From: Octopus bimaculoides
Taxonomy: Eukaryota
Assembly (NCBI RefSeq): GCF_001194135.2
Contig: NC_068996.1
Location: 50,680,566-50,744,135 of the forward strand
DNA: 63,570 nucleotides
Reading direction: 5' to 3'
Part shown: positions 11,124 to 23,888 of the stretch, in pieces
Layout of the letters: every line of letters starts with the position of its first letter
Position numbering within the stretch: the stretch's first letter is position 1
Notes under the pieces: model-generated
What the model saw: only the letters and a program-made list of their open reading frames with translations
Told to the model about the DNA's origin: nothing
The model's database searches: none
Translations under genes and position numbers: made by a program

Positions 11124-11999
11124 TGCCGACTTTTCAGTCTTACAGAAATAAAGACGAAACATTGGAAATAAATAGAAAGATCTGTTATTCGCTACCGGCA
11201 ATCTAAATAACGCAAGGCGGATTCAATACCTGGCTATCTAGTCAGTAGCTTAAGTCGCGGTTTAGTTCTGTCTGATATTGTATGCGTATAATTACAGACA
11301 TCCCAATAAGTGTAACATCCCGATTTGAAATCACACACACACACACACAGAGCAACAACATTAAAAAACAACAAAATAAACAAAAAAAAAAAGGAAAACG
11401 GTAGGGCATAGTTCGGACGATGTAACCTTAGGTCTATCATCACAAGTGTTTCAGCCGTGAACATTTTTTTTTATGTAGCATTAAAAATAATGTACCCTTC
11501 TCTTTTTATGTGATTTGAGAGATGACTGCTATTTTTAGCAGGTAGAGCGACCACGTGGAGAGCTTTAATCCGGCTGGTGCATCTTATTTCCCCTTTTTTC
11601 CGTATTACATACGACGTCAATGCTGTTGAAAATAAACACGAACATACCTACTTAATCAAATGTATCATCATTCTCTTTTAACGTGATTTGAGAAGTTTGG
11701 CTGCCATTTCTAGTAGATCGAGTGACCACGTGGAAGATTTTTCTGCCCCCCCCCCACTCCACCTCCCCCTAATCCCAGGTCGCGCATCTTATTAAATTTA
11801 TTTCTCATCTTTCCGTGTATTGCGTACGACGTCAGTGCTGTTGAGACAAACACGAACATTCTATCCACACAATGACGTTTCTCATCAACTAATGAAGCTG
11901 GTCTGGCTTGCGCCTTATGTAAAAAGTAAAGAAATCAATAATGCTTATCGATCAGCGTGAATGTGTTATAGATAGATGATATATAGATAATAGAGTTAT

Positions 12000-12140
12000 A
12001 AAATTACCGAACCAATCACAGCGAAGATGACATTAAGCGCCGTTCTCACAGCTACCTGTCGACTTCCGGTTGTCATTGGTTCTGTTGGTGAAAATGTATA
12101 AATAAAACGGGTCAAATTTTCTGTCAAACTGGCTGTCAGT
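12000..12140. promoter_or_regulatory. Pol II promoter: two oppositely oriented CCAAT boxes flanking an ETS (GABP/ELK-type) site, plus a TATA-like element
   Basis: AACCAATCA (CCAAT 12012-12016, +), ACTTCCGG (12062-12069 = CCGGAAGT on -), ATTGG 12075-12079 (AACCAATGA on -), TATAAAT 12097-12103. Locally CpG-richer than the intron. Confidence 0.65.
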
Positions 12141-12783
12141 GAACTTGATATTCCACATACATACGTACTATATATAAATTAGCCAGTGAACCATTTGGAA
12201 ATTCTCGTAATGATTGAAAACAACAGAAAAATAGCAGCCAAAATAAAGCTGTTGTACCCTTAGCTCTGTACAGTGCTATATATATCATAAGGGTACATTC
12301 CGAGCTTCGAGGAAACGGGTGACAATCGGCGGTGGTCTGCTTATTATTGCATACATTTGGCTGTAACAACAAACGGGAGAATGAATAATAATAATATAAG
12401 AAGACACTGAACGAGAAACTCTGCGTAAACAACGACCCAGTGAGAAAAAATCCAGCTTCGAACGAGCGAATTACAAAGGAAAAAAGAGAAAAAAAGTGTG
12501 ATAATTAATTCATCATCTGTATTTAAACGAAGAGAAAGTAATCACAGCAACAACAATTTGACTGAGTGATCATATATTCTTATATGCCATTCATTGCATC
12601 CAGTTTTTTGGATAGATATATATGGGATCACAAGAAATTATGGCAAGCAAACGTTGTCTTCTGCCGAACCTAAACACTTTAATTAGTGTTTACATAATGG
12701 AAAACTAAAAATTAATCGACGGAGAAGTTATCTTTTGTCAAACCAGTTTTGATTCTAGATGCTGGTTGCAGTTTGTGTTTACC
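12125..12783 (+). other. Probable 5' UTR of the CEP170-like gene (start and internal splicing uncertain)
   Basis: Apparently non-repetitive sequence between the promoter motifs and ATG 12784. Confidence 0.4.
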
Positions 12784-12792
12784 ATGTCTGAG
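12784..12792 (+). CDS. CEP170: Predicted first coding exon segment (Met-Ser-Glu) of the CEP170-like gene
   Basis: tttaccATG (A at -3) TCT GAG followed by a perfect donor gtaagt. Phase 0 joins in frame to exon 59503 (MSEDKEKYFSPEW...). It lies ~0.7 kb downstream of the promoter motifs. The pairing of the two exons is inferred. Confidence 0.65.
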
Positions 12793-13371
12793 GTAAGTTT
12801 AAAATTAATAAATATGTATAAACATGTATGTTTAATTTATATAATTAAAGAACATTTATATGTTTTTACTTTGCGCACCTTGCCATGTTATTGTCAAGTA
12901 CATGTTTATATGTTTATCTTAACAGTTTTTCGTGTCGAAATATATATTATTGTGTTTGGGGAGATATTTATATATATAGATATATTGTATTTTGAGATGG
13001 TCATTTTTTTTTCAACACACCGCATCACATCAGGAATTTTGCAACATAAATTCATAAACGTATATATATAACTTTCGGAATATTGTCAGTCCACGTTCTA
13101 CGTAATTTGTGCATATGTGAATGTTATATGTATAATGTATAGGTATATATGTACAAAGTAAGAAACCGGCAATAAAAGACAGAGCTTCTGGTAAATTCCT
13201 GTCCAGAATATATTTTACACACACATACACACACACATTTAATGATTTCTTTTAAGTCAATAAAACCTATAGACACACAATCTCGACGGTTGGACATCTC
13301 TTTTCTACTTGGCCAATGTTTCTCGTAATAGGAGACATCGAGACTTCTTTGAATACTAACACGCACACACA

Positions 13372-13436
<65 letters not shown>

Positions 13437-13559
13437 ATATATGTGTGTGTGTGTATACACGCACATATATAAGTACACATGTATACGTATTGTTTAAAAA
13501 GTATATACATACACATAAACACTCATACATATCTACACACGTATGTATATGTATGTATG

Positions 13560-13599
<40 letters not shown>

Positions 13600-14401
13600 T
13601 ACACTTTAATATACATAGTACACGTGTATGTTTCACACACACACGCACCTTGTGTCTATGTAGTCTTTAGTAAAAAGTTTCATCAGATTCTGTGTTTTAT
13701 AAAAAGAACCTTGACTGTCATTCATTTTGTAGTTTAGTTTAATGACCAGGCATATACATATATATAATATCATCCACTTAGGTTGTCGCATCTGCGACAT
13801 AACTGATTAGAGATGTAGACAAAATGTGGTTGAGGACCAAATCCATGAATTTCATTATTATCTTCATTATTAGAAGTAATATACGTTTTACATATGGAAA
13901 TTGTCCCTTAATTGTCCTATGAGGTGCGCACGCGCGCGTGTGTGGGAAATAACACGAATGCTTTGTACTTTCCTATCACCAATGACAATTGCTTGTTTGA
14001 CCAATGAATAAATTGACAAAAAGCTGGGGTTTTTTCTTCTTTTTGGAGAAAAAAAACGTTTCTTTGCTTCAAATTTTGATCTGTCTGAAAGGTATTTATT
14101 TACGAAGTAAATATGTATTTACGAATTGTCATCGAAAAATATCGAATGAATACAAAGGAATATATATATACACGCGCACTCGCGCCACACACACACACAC
14201 ACACACACACGTTCAAAACATCCTTAATTATTTAACATATCTAGCTTATTACGGTTTTTTTTTAAAACTCTAAGCTGAGATTATATTCTCTCGAAAATTA
14301 AACAGGCTAAATTATAGTATCCATCCCGTCCGTTGTCTTTTCGATTCATTTTTCACATTTTTCTTTTATTCATTGTCCGAAGCAATAAAACACCTGAAAG
14401 C

Positions 14402-14445
<44 letters not shown>

Positions 14446-14668
14446 CAGAGAGAGAGCGAAAGAAAGTGATTGTGTAAGTACGTATAATAAACTCTTCTGT
14501 TAAAGACGATAGAAAATCAATACTGGCAAATGTAATCGATCGATAATTGATTTGGCTCGTGTAATTGATGGAAACATACGCTAGTTATTTTCGGGAAGGT
14601 AATATAAATTACACACACACACGTGTGTGTGTGTGTGTGTGTGTCCGTAGCGATGAAACACCTGAAAG

Positions 14669-14708
<40 letters not shown>

Positions 14709-15364
14709 GCACATACATACGTAAATGCATATATACACTCTTATACAACGGAATTACGTAAGAATTTAAGTGTATAATGTTAATGTCTGATGAAATGTCC
14801 CTTCTTTCTCTCCAGTGTCAGTCTACACATTTAGAATCAGTTCATTTCATTATGACACATCTCCACATCTATTATCGTATTCGTCTGAGGTGTCATACAT
14901 ATGAAACAAATCAATATGCATCTCTTACTCTCTCTCTCTCTCTCGTAAAATATGTCAATATATTCAATAAATATTTATTTTCCTTTTCCTGATGCACAAG
15001 GCAAATTTGTGATGAAGGAGAAAATACTGACTCGATTCCTCTATATTTCTCGTATTGGTTTTGACGACCCACGGAAGGATGAAAGGCAATTGATATCGCG
15101 GCGTTATTTGAACTCAAGAATATAGTCACGAGACGTTACTGTGTGGGTTATTTACCCAGAGCTCTCCCATTTCTACTCGTCGCCCTTATATATATAAGTA
15201 TAGTGTTTAGTTTCACTCTCGAAAAAATAAAATTATTAACCTTTCGGACGTGGCCCGCCATGAGAATGGGGGGGGGGAGATAGAGAGAGAGATAGATAGA
15301 TAGATAGATAGAAGCCCTGAAGAGGGAAATAATAAAACTTCACGCGCATACAAACGCGCGCGCG

Positions 15365-15397
<33 letters not shown>

Positions 15398-15649
15398 NNN
15401 NNNNNNNNNNNNNNNNNNNNNNNNNNNNNNNNNNNNNNNNNNNNNNNNNNNNNNNNNNNNNNNNNNNNNNNNNNNNNNNNNNNNNNNNNNNNNNNNNNNN
15501 NNNNNNNNNNNNNNNNNNNNNNNNNNNNNNNNNNNNNNNNNNNNNNNNNNNNNNNNNNNNNNNNNNNNNNNNNNNNNNNNNNNNNNNNNNNNNNNNNNNN
15601 NNNNNNNNNNNNNNNNNNNNNNNNNNNNNNNNNNNNNNNNNNNNNNNNN

Positions 15650-15682
<33 letters not shown>

Positions 15683-15684
<2 letters not shown>

Positions 15685-15865
15685 GAGTGGCCCAAAAGTA
15701 GGTTTACAGTTATCACGTAGGCACTTTAAATTACTTTTAAAACATTTTATTACATTTTAATTTCTATCTTACAATTAACTAAATTAGCATTAAGATCCAA
15801 ACTGTTAATATATAAACGTGAAAGAGATAGTTGAATAACTGTAAAGCTACTTTTGGGCCACCCTG
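15683..15865. mobile_element. Tc1/mariner-type MITE
   Basis: TA|CAGAGTGGCCCAAAAGTAGGTTTACAGTT ... AACTGTAAAGCTACTTTTGGGCCACCCTG|TA. Confidence 0.85.
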
Positions 15866-16139
15866 TATACACCACATCCATGTGGTGCTGAAGAAGAAGC
15901 AAAGAATTCTTGAAATATGCATGTGGTCTCTTGTAAACTTATCAACATCTAATTGTTAAAATGGAAAAATTATCAGAAAAGCCATTTCTATTTTTTCAAA
16001 TATACATATATATGTACGTGCACATGTGCATGCCCATGCATACACATGTATGTATGTATTCATGTATGCGTGTGCACACAAAACAAATTTACAGTAAGTT
16101 CATATTGAGCATTGTCACCATCCAAATCTGTTCTTCCAC

Positions 16140-16660
16140 CAACTGAAATGATGTATGAAAAGTTTTATGAGAACTTGGAGAAAATCAAGACCGCTCACAA
16201 GGAAGACATCCTCACTGTTGTAGGGGACAAGAATGCCAAATCAGGCTTCACTACATGTGACTTGTATACAGGTATTTTGGAGCATTTAGGGGCAAGTGAA
16301 GCAAGTTGTAGACTGCAACTTTCAGAATTTGTCAGCAACGACAAGATTAACCTAGCCATCTTCTTCCTGATGAAGAAGCTTTCGGAGAACAACACACAAT
16401 GCCCCTAGGAATGGCATGAGTTGAAAGCAGATTGACTCCATCGTCACACTTGAAGCATACATAGGTCAGGACTTTCATTTGTGTGAATGCTGATGTTAAC
16501 ATTTAGTTCAAGTTTGAAACTGTCTACAAGCAAAGAACTTCTCATCTAAAAACTTGATGTGAACAAATTGAAAGACCCGGAGGTTGGAGTATTTGAGGCT
16601 AATGTAAATGGCTGGTTACCATACAAGAAGATATCAGCTCCTTGATTGATATCATCTAGG
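16140..16660 (+). mobile_element. RTE-clade LINE relic, AP-endonuclease region
   Basis: FYENLEKIKTAHKEDILTVVGDKNAKSG (cf. FY..L......DI.IV.GD.NAKVG) and KLDVNKLKDPEVGVFEA; contains stops and frameshifts. Confidence 0.75.
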
Positions 16661-16661
16661 A

Positions 16662-16946
16662 CAGTGCTACTCAAAGTGGTGCCAGTCCGTGAACCATCAG
16701 CTGCCGGTACATGACCAGTTTCCAGAAAAGAAAGAAACATTATAAAATGCTTATGTAATATTGTATTATTTGTTCACAAAATAAATATAAGATAAAAAAA
16801 AAATGTCAACTTTTATTATATTCATTATATATATATTGTTTCTGGTAAAAATTAATATTGCTAAGAAATATCACCGGTCCCTGGTACATTAGGAAAAAAA
16901 AAACAAAAGTGCTGGTACACCACATCAGATAGTTTGAGAAGCATTG
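16662..16946. mobile_element. Non-autonomous hAT element, copy 2 (opposite orientation to 7996-8570)
   Basis: TIRs CAGTGCTACTCAAAG / TTTGAGAAGCATTG; TSD atctagga / atctcgga (7/8). Confidence 0.85.
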
Positions 16947-17149
16947 ATCTCGGAAGCATACTGTTACTTTAGTGTGCAGTTTACTGCTGTATCTGCAGTT
17001 TATACTTCAAAATGACTTGATCTGGGTTAGGGTTGAGAATTAGAGTTGGGGTTAGACTACACACTAAAGTGTAAATGTTTCCGGGCTAAAGTGGCATGGA
17101 AACCTATGAATCAGCTTCATGCATCAGAAGGGCTGAGGTAAAGAAGGAA

Positions 17150-17480
17150 AACAAACTGTGAGTTACTGATCCTGGACTTCTTTGAAGGCAGCACCTGAAG
17201 ATAAGTTAACAGATCTTGATGCAACTTGGATTAACAGTGTTATTAATCAGATGGAAAAGCAAGTGGAGAAAATGAAGAGGTTGACAACAGACCGATGAGA
17301 GAACATTAATGCCGGGATAGAGAACAACAACAACAGCAAGGTGGCTTTTGAGACAACAAAACTGCTTGTAAAACAAATGAACTGATTGCTTGTGTCACTG
17401 AGGACAAAAGAGTCTTCCCCACTCACAGACAAGCTCTGCTATTATCAGATGGTCTGAGTATTGCAAAGAACTTCATAACT
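17150..17480 (+). mobile_element. Continuation of the RTE LINE relic (linker region)
   Basis: ENNNNSKVAFETTKLL ... RWSEYCKELHN motif typical of the RTE endonuclease-RT linker. Confidence 0.65.
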
Positions 17481-18136
17481 GTCTGTTTATTCATGACACC
17501 AACATCCTGGACAGTGCTACCAAAAATAGCAGAAAGTTTGCTGATGCTCTAACACACCAGGAGTGTTTTGGTTAACATCATCATTGTTTTAACATCCAGT
17601 TTTTCATGCTTGCATAGCTCAGACAAGACTACATTCAAGCAGTTTCTCTGTGACTTAATGCTCTTCCTGACTCCAACACTCGTTTCCTAGTTTGTCAAAC
17701 TACAAACAGCCTAAACATGGATACATGGAGAACTGGAAACAACTGACACTGCATGAATGAGTCTTTTGTTTACAAAGATCATGTGACATACCAAGAAACC
17801 CAGACATGTTTTTGTGGTAGACTGCAGGCAATGAACACCATCAGTATGAATAGTGAGGCCTTTATTTATAGCAAGCACATGAAAATGAGGAAAATACAAA
17901 CTCATGCACACAGCAGGCTTCTTCAGTTTCTGTCTAATAATTTTACACACATGGCATTCATTGACTTTCAGTGTCCACACAGCGGATTGAAACCCTTAAC
18001 CATGTGGTTCTGAAGCACACTTCTTAAACATGCGGCAATGCCTCCATCATGTCGAATTTAATCCAAGGGTGGCGGCAGTGGTGTCATAAGGATGGTGTAA
18101 GGGTAGTGTCAACCCTGGTAGAGCAGAGTGAACTAT

Positions 18137-18536
18137 TTAACCCTTTAAGCATTTAAACTGGTCATTTCCAGCTCAGATATTCTGCCTGTTTTATGTTCAA
18201 ACTGGCCAAATCTAGCCTTTTGCACCTACCTTACAATGCCATTCTGAAAATAAAGTCACATTATTGAAATCTGAAAGCTGAGATAATGCACATTTCAAAA
18301 CAATGGGAATGAATAAGTTATTACATTTGACAGTAATCTGAAGGGTTGAGCCACTTACATCAAACCCAAATATTCTGTTTAATCTGGCCTCTCACACCTA
18401 CCCTACAATGTCATTCTAAAAATAAACTATCACATCATTGAAATCTCAATGTTATGAGACAATGCGTGATTAATTCAAAGCAATGTGAATAAATATATTA
18501 TTACATTGGACAGTAATCTGAATGCTAAAGTGTTAA
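18137..18536. mobile_element. piggyBac-like (TTAA|CCCT) MITE, compound copy
   Basis: Termini ttaaccctttaagcatt ... aatgctaaagtgttaa; same family at ~27136-27425, 44881-45306, 53407-53628, ~57090-57252 and 58550-58748. Confidence 0.7.
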
Positions 18537-18944
18537 GGCACTCCAGTTATTACCATTTTAGTCTGTCACACCCATATAGTGCCTCTGGGGTCACATCATG
18601 TAAGACCCCTTCCATTCTTTGACATAGTAAGATCACTGAAACATGTTAAACATACAGTTACTATGGGTGGAATCTGTTAAAGAAATAACTATTTGTGTGT
18701 GTGTGTGTGTGTGATGCATCGTTTTACACAATTGATATTCTTCATCAGTTTCAGAGGGGGCATATAATATAATCATTATCCCTGTCACACCTCCTCTTCC
18801 GACTAATGACAGTCATCACTTTTTTTCATAGTGTCATCTTTATTCTCAACCCTTTTGATACCAACCCATCCACAACCGTCCCAAGTTCTATTATACAAAC
18901 TTCCTGTTTCTAAGAGATGTAAATTAAATCCTTCCATCAAGGCA

Positions 18945-19310
18945 CAGGCGTGGTGGTGTGGTAAGAAGCTTGCATCCCAGCCACATGGTTCCATGTTCAG
19001 TCCCATTGTGCAGCACCATGGGCAAGTGTCTTCTACTATAACCTGTGAGTGGATTTGGTTGATGGAAACTGAAAGAAGTTTGTATATATATATGTGCGTG
19101 TGCGTATCTATGTTCGTCTCCCATCACCACTTGACAGCTGGTGTTGGTGTGTTTTATATTCCTGTAAATTAGTGATTTGGTAAAAGAGACCAATAGAACA
19201 ATAGAATAATAAAAAAAAGTACTGGGGCCAATTCACTTGACTAGAAATTCTTCAAAGCAGTGGTTGCACTCTAATTACCAAAACAATTAAAAGATAAGAT
19301 AAAAATTCCA
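18945..19310 (+). mobile_element. SINE family A, near full length
   Basis: Head, internal (TA/TG)n and 3' body match the other copies. Confidence 0.8.
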
Positions 19311-19510
19311 TTTTAAAATAAATTTCAAATATTAGCTTCATAATAATAGTTGCTTTACGAAAATTCTTTATTCTCAAACTTAATTACAAACGAAGTGTAT
19401 TTTAACAGATCCGTTCACTTAAGTGAGTTAGAATCTGTCATGCTTTACAGTTTATTGATCTTATTTGGTTTTTCAGTATAACCCTTTCTTTATCAATATT
19501 TTTGTTTAAG

Positions 19511-19990
19511 AGGGCGGCGAGCTGGCAGAATCGTTAGCATGCTTAGCGGTATTTTGTCTTGCGTTACGTTCTGAGTTCAAATTCCGCCGAGGTCGACTTT
19601 GTCTTTCATCCTTTCGGGGTCGATTAAATAAGTACAAGTTACGCACTGGAGTTGCTGTAATCGACTTAATCTCTTTGTCTGTCCTTGTTTGTCCTCTCTG
19701 TGTTTAGCCCCCTGTGGGCAATAAAGAAATTAATATTATTACTGGTAAAAGTGCAGCGAGCTGGCAGAATCGTTAGCACGCCGGGCGAAATGTTTAGAGG
19801 TATTTCGTCTGCCGTTACGTTCTGAGTTCAAATTCCTCGGAGAACAACTTTACCTTTCATCCTTTCGGGGTCGATAAATTACATACCAGTTACGCAGTAG
19901 GGTCGATGTAATCGACTTAATCTCTTTGTCTGTCCTTGTTTGTCCCCTCTGTTTATCCTCCCGCACCCCCCGCAGGCAATAAAGAAATAA
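19511..19990 (+). mobile_element. Two head-to-tail copies of SINE family B
   Basis: ggcggcgagctggcagaatcgttagca...gttctgagttcaaattcc...cctttcatcctttcggggtcgat...aagtac...ggcaataaagaaat, twice. Confidence 0.85.
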
Positions 19991-20759
19991 ATATTTTTTG
20001 TTTAATGAATGTATTTCCGAATGTTTATATTGTTTTTTTCTAATGATGATTTAACTAACTTTCATTCATTGTCAGCTTTGTTTATACTCTTATCTTCCAT
20101 TTATTATTTTGAACTTGTTTTAATATATACACACCTGTTCTCTCTCTCTCTCGCTGCCCAACTCTCTTTGTCTCTCTCCCTGTTTCTCCCTTTGTCTCTC
20201 TCCCTGTTTCTCCCTTTGTCTCTCTATCTTCTACTCTCTCGCTCTTGCCGTCTCACTCTTTGTCCCTCTATCTCCTCCTATCTCTTGCTGTTCCTCTTTT
20301 GGTCTCTCTCTCTCTCTCTCTCTCTCTCCTTCTGTCTGTCTCTCCTCTCCCTCTCTCTTATATATATATACACACATTTACACAAACCTATACGGACTTT
20401 CACATTCTGGCCTCTGTCTGTTCTCGACCTGCTAGAAATAGCAGTCACATTGGAGAATGTAAGTTCCAGATACACTGTCTAAAATGAAGACTGGATGGTC
20501 ACAGACGGAATGTCTTTGATCATAAGCCTGCTGGACAAATATCGATCTGGAGTTAATTAATAAGAACAAGGACACTGCTTCTGTAGTCTTTTGACCAATG
20601 AGAAATAACCGTATAGCAGAACGTAGTCTGAGGTACAATGAAATAAAGACAATGAGATTAAAGAGGAAAAACACATTTGATTATAGATAAGCTGTTTCAA
20701 GGGTTGTCATACAATTAATCAGCATAAACACTACACGTACTAATTAATGGAGCGTACAT

Positions 20760-21812
20760 TGGTTTCACAATTTGGCACAAGGCCAGCAGTTTTGGAGTAA
20801 GGAGTAAGTTGATTACATCAATGCCAGTGTCTGTTCGACTGGTACTTATTTTATCAGCCCCGAAAGGATGAAAGGCAAAATGGACCTTGGTGATATTTGA
20901 ACTCGGATGAAATATTGCTAAGCATTTTGCCCAGCGTGCTAATGATTCTGCCAGCTCACCGCCTTAATAATAATAATAATAATAATGGCTTCAAATTTTG
21001 CCATAAGGGCAGCTGTTTTTTGGGGGGAGGGGACATGTCGATTATATCAACCCCATTGTGTAACTGGTACTTAATTTATCTACCCCCAAAAAGATGAAAG
21101 GCAAAGTCAACCTTGGCGGAATTTGAACTTGGCATGCTAACAATTCTGCCAGCTTGCTGCCTTTATTATAATCATCGTTTAATCGTTTAACGTCCGCTTT
21201 CCATGCTAGCATGGGTTGGACGATTTGACTGAGGACTGGTGAAACCGGATGGCAACACCAGGCTCCAATCTGATTTGGCAGAGTTTCTACAGCTGGATGC
21301 CCTTCCTAACGCCAACCACTCAGAGAGTGTAGTGGGTGCTTTTACGTGTCACCCGCACGAAAACGGCCACGCTCGAAATGGTGTCTTTTATGTGCCACCC
21401 GCACAAGCCAGTCCAGGGGCACTGGCAACGATCTCGCTCAATAATAATAATTCTTTCTACAGGAAGCACAAAGACTCAAATTTTGGAAATTAATTGATTA
21501 CATTGACCTCAATACATAACTGGTAATCGACCCCAAAAGGATGAAAGACAAAGTCAGCCTTGGCAGAATTTGAACTCAGAATGCAGTGGCAGCTGTAAGA
21601 CCACTAAGCTTGCCGCCTTTATTATAATAATAATAATAATAATGGTTTGAAATTTTGGCACAAGGGCAGCCTTTTATCATCCCCAGTGTTCAACTGGTAC
21701 TTATTTTATCGACCCTGAAAGAGTGAAAGGCAAAGTCATCCCTGTTGCAATTTGAACTCAGAATGTAAAGACAGGTGGATTGGTGCTAAGCATTCTGCCA
21801 GCTAGCTGCTTT
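20760..21812 (-). mobile_element. Cluster of four family-B SINE copies separated by (AAT)n, with an RTE-tail repeat inserted at ~21170-21440
   Basis: Repeated aaaggatgaaaggcaaagtc.acct.ggc.gaatttgaactc; the inserted element carries ggatgcccttcctaacgccaacc. Confidence 0.75.
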
Positions 21813-22924
21813 AAATGAAGCATATATTGTTTTACCAAATTATTTTAAGAATTCAAAAGGTTGCTATTTAACCTTAGTTCAATTTTGATTGAACAGACTT
21901 GTGATCTAAAACACCCCAGCCGTTTTGTCTATGATTATGTTGTTCAGTTTGTCATATATTTCGTGCTGGCATGAATATAATCTGAGGAAGTTCTAGCTAC
22001 TATGTCCATAAGGTTGCACAAGCCTCTGTGTGTGTGTGTGTGTGTGTAGGAGAGGTGGTTTCTGTCTGATAGAAATGGAGTTTCACTAGTTTTTTTCTGA
22101 ATCATTTAGTTTCTAGCTGTCTGACCTCTTTAGATGGGTTGATGCGTTCTTTATGTAAATAAAGACGCCTGCTTAAGAGGAATGGGGAGAGAGAAAAAGA
22201 AATAAAGAAGAATATTCTTATATTATTGATTGATGAAAGAATGATAGAATCGGATTTCCCACTCTTGGTCTATTTCTTTCTAGAAATTTCTAGCTGTTCC
22301 CTGCCACTGTAATAACAAATGGGACACATTAATGTCTTATCACCTTCTTGGATACTGATTTTCATAGAAGGAATCTCTCCATAACAACTCCATCTCCTCA
22401 ATTTCATTTTGTTTTATTTATCTTCATTTTAAAACCTCAAAGCATGGGCATAAACGTTTAATGGTTAATTCTTCATCAAATATATATATATATATATTTT
22501 TTAATAAATCAATTTGCACTTCCTCTATTACTTTTTTTTTCTTTTTATATAAAATTAATTTGTCTTTTAGCTTAATCATCTCAAGATTAAAATTTTAGAT
22601 AATGTTTTATAGTTCATTTTTCTTTTTCTTTCTGTGATCTTAGTTGTAGTTTAAGCCATGAAACATAAAAGAAATCTAAATTAATTCGTTGAGATGTATT
22701 AACAATATATCTTTGAAACTTCCAAATGGCTAGAACCAACATCTTTCAGCATTTTTATGTACTAATTGTAAAAATAAGTTATATGGCCCCTTGTTGTTGT
22801 TTAGCCACAGGTTAGTTCTGATCAATGAAAACCGTGAGTGTGAGCAAAATTAATTCCAGTCATGACCATCCAATCTTCCATTCAGTCGTAATAAATCTAT
22901 GATTTTCTTTTACTACTATTACTT

Positions 22925-23067
22925 GCTTCAATCATTAGACTGTGGCCACACTGGGGTACTTACCTTGAAGAATTGTTTTTTCTTTAAGCCTGGTACTTTA
23001 TCAGTCTCGTTTGCTGAACTAAGTTATAGGAACGTAAACACACCAACACTCGTGGTCAAGCAATGGT

Positions 23068-23107
<40 letters not shown>

Positions 23108-23200
23108 ATGGGCTTCTTTCAGTTTCTGTCTGCCAAATCCACTCACAAAGCTTCATTTGGCTTGAGTAGAAGACACTTGTCCAAAGTACTATGCAATGGG
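22925..23200 (-). mobile_element. SINE family A, reverse orientation
   Basis: Reverse complement of the family-A body, with an internal (CA)n. Confidence 0.7.
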
Positions 23201-23847
23201 ACTGAACCCCAAATCAAATCTCCAAAATCTAAAGTCAGACATGGTGATACCATTCAGCATGATAATAGTGGGCAGCAAAGCCTACCTTGTTTTTAGTCAA
23301 GAAGTTTTGAATAAATTATACTAGTTAAGGCAATGTGTTTGTGAGTCCACAAAGTTCTCAACAGGAAAATTAGCAACTAAGCCTCTGTCCTTTGGGAAAC
23401 TAATGTTTATGCTGCCCCTCTGTAAGATCATAATTCATACAGATGTATTCATTCAAGACTGATAGTTCACACTGTTGTTTTCAGTTCATGCAGTGTTTCA
23501 TCTGAGACATTTTTGCTGTCTGATGGATCATGCAGAGTAGGGAAACTCTTGAGTAGTAACACTGAACCAAATATCAGCTTTGAACAAATAATAAACAAAC
23601 TCTGCTACATGCTTTTGAATATTTTTTCACCTAATACTATTTCCAAATATACAGGTGTATGTATGTATGTATATATATATATATCAAGTGTGCAGTTTAA
23701 ATGATAAATTACCTGCCTCTGGATACCTTCTAACAAAGACGGTACCCACACAAGTAATCTCCAGGAGTGCCTTCGGATTTAATTATCCCCTGGTTGCTTA
23801 GATACTTCAGACTACCCCTTGAATGTTTAAGCAATCCTATCATATAC

Positions 23848-23888
<41 letters not shown>

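Noticed and set aside
12766-13071. 101-aa ORF spanning the start exon
   Set aside because: It reads through a perfect gtaagt donor into AT-rich intron with non-protein-like composition.
16112-16408. 98-aa ORF as a host gene
   Set aside because: It matches LINE AP-endonuclease motifs and is followed by stops and frameshifts, so it is a retroelement relic.
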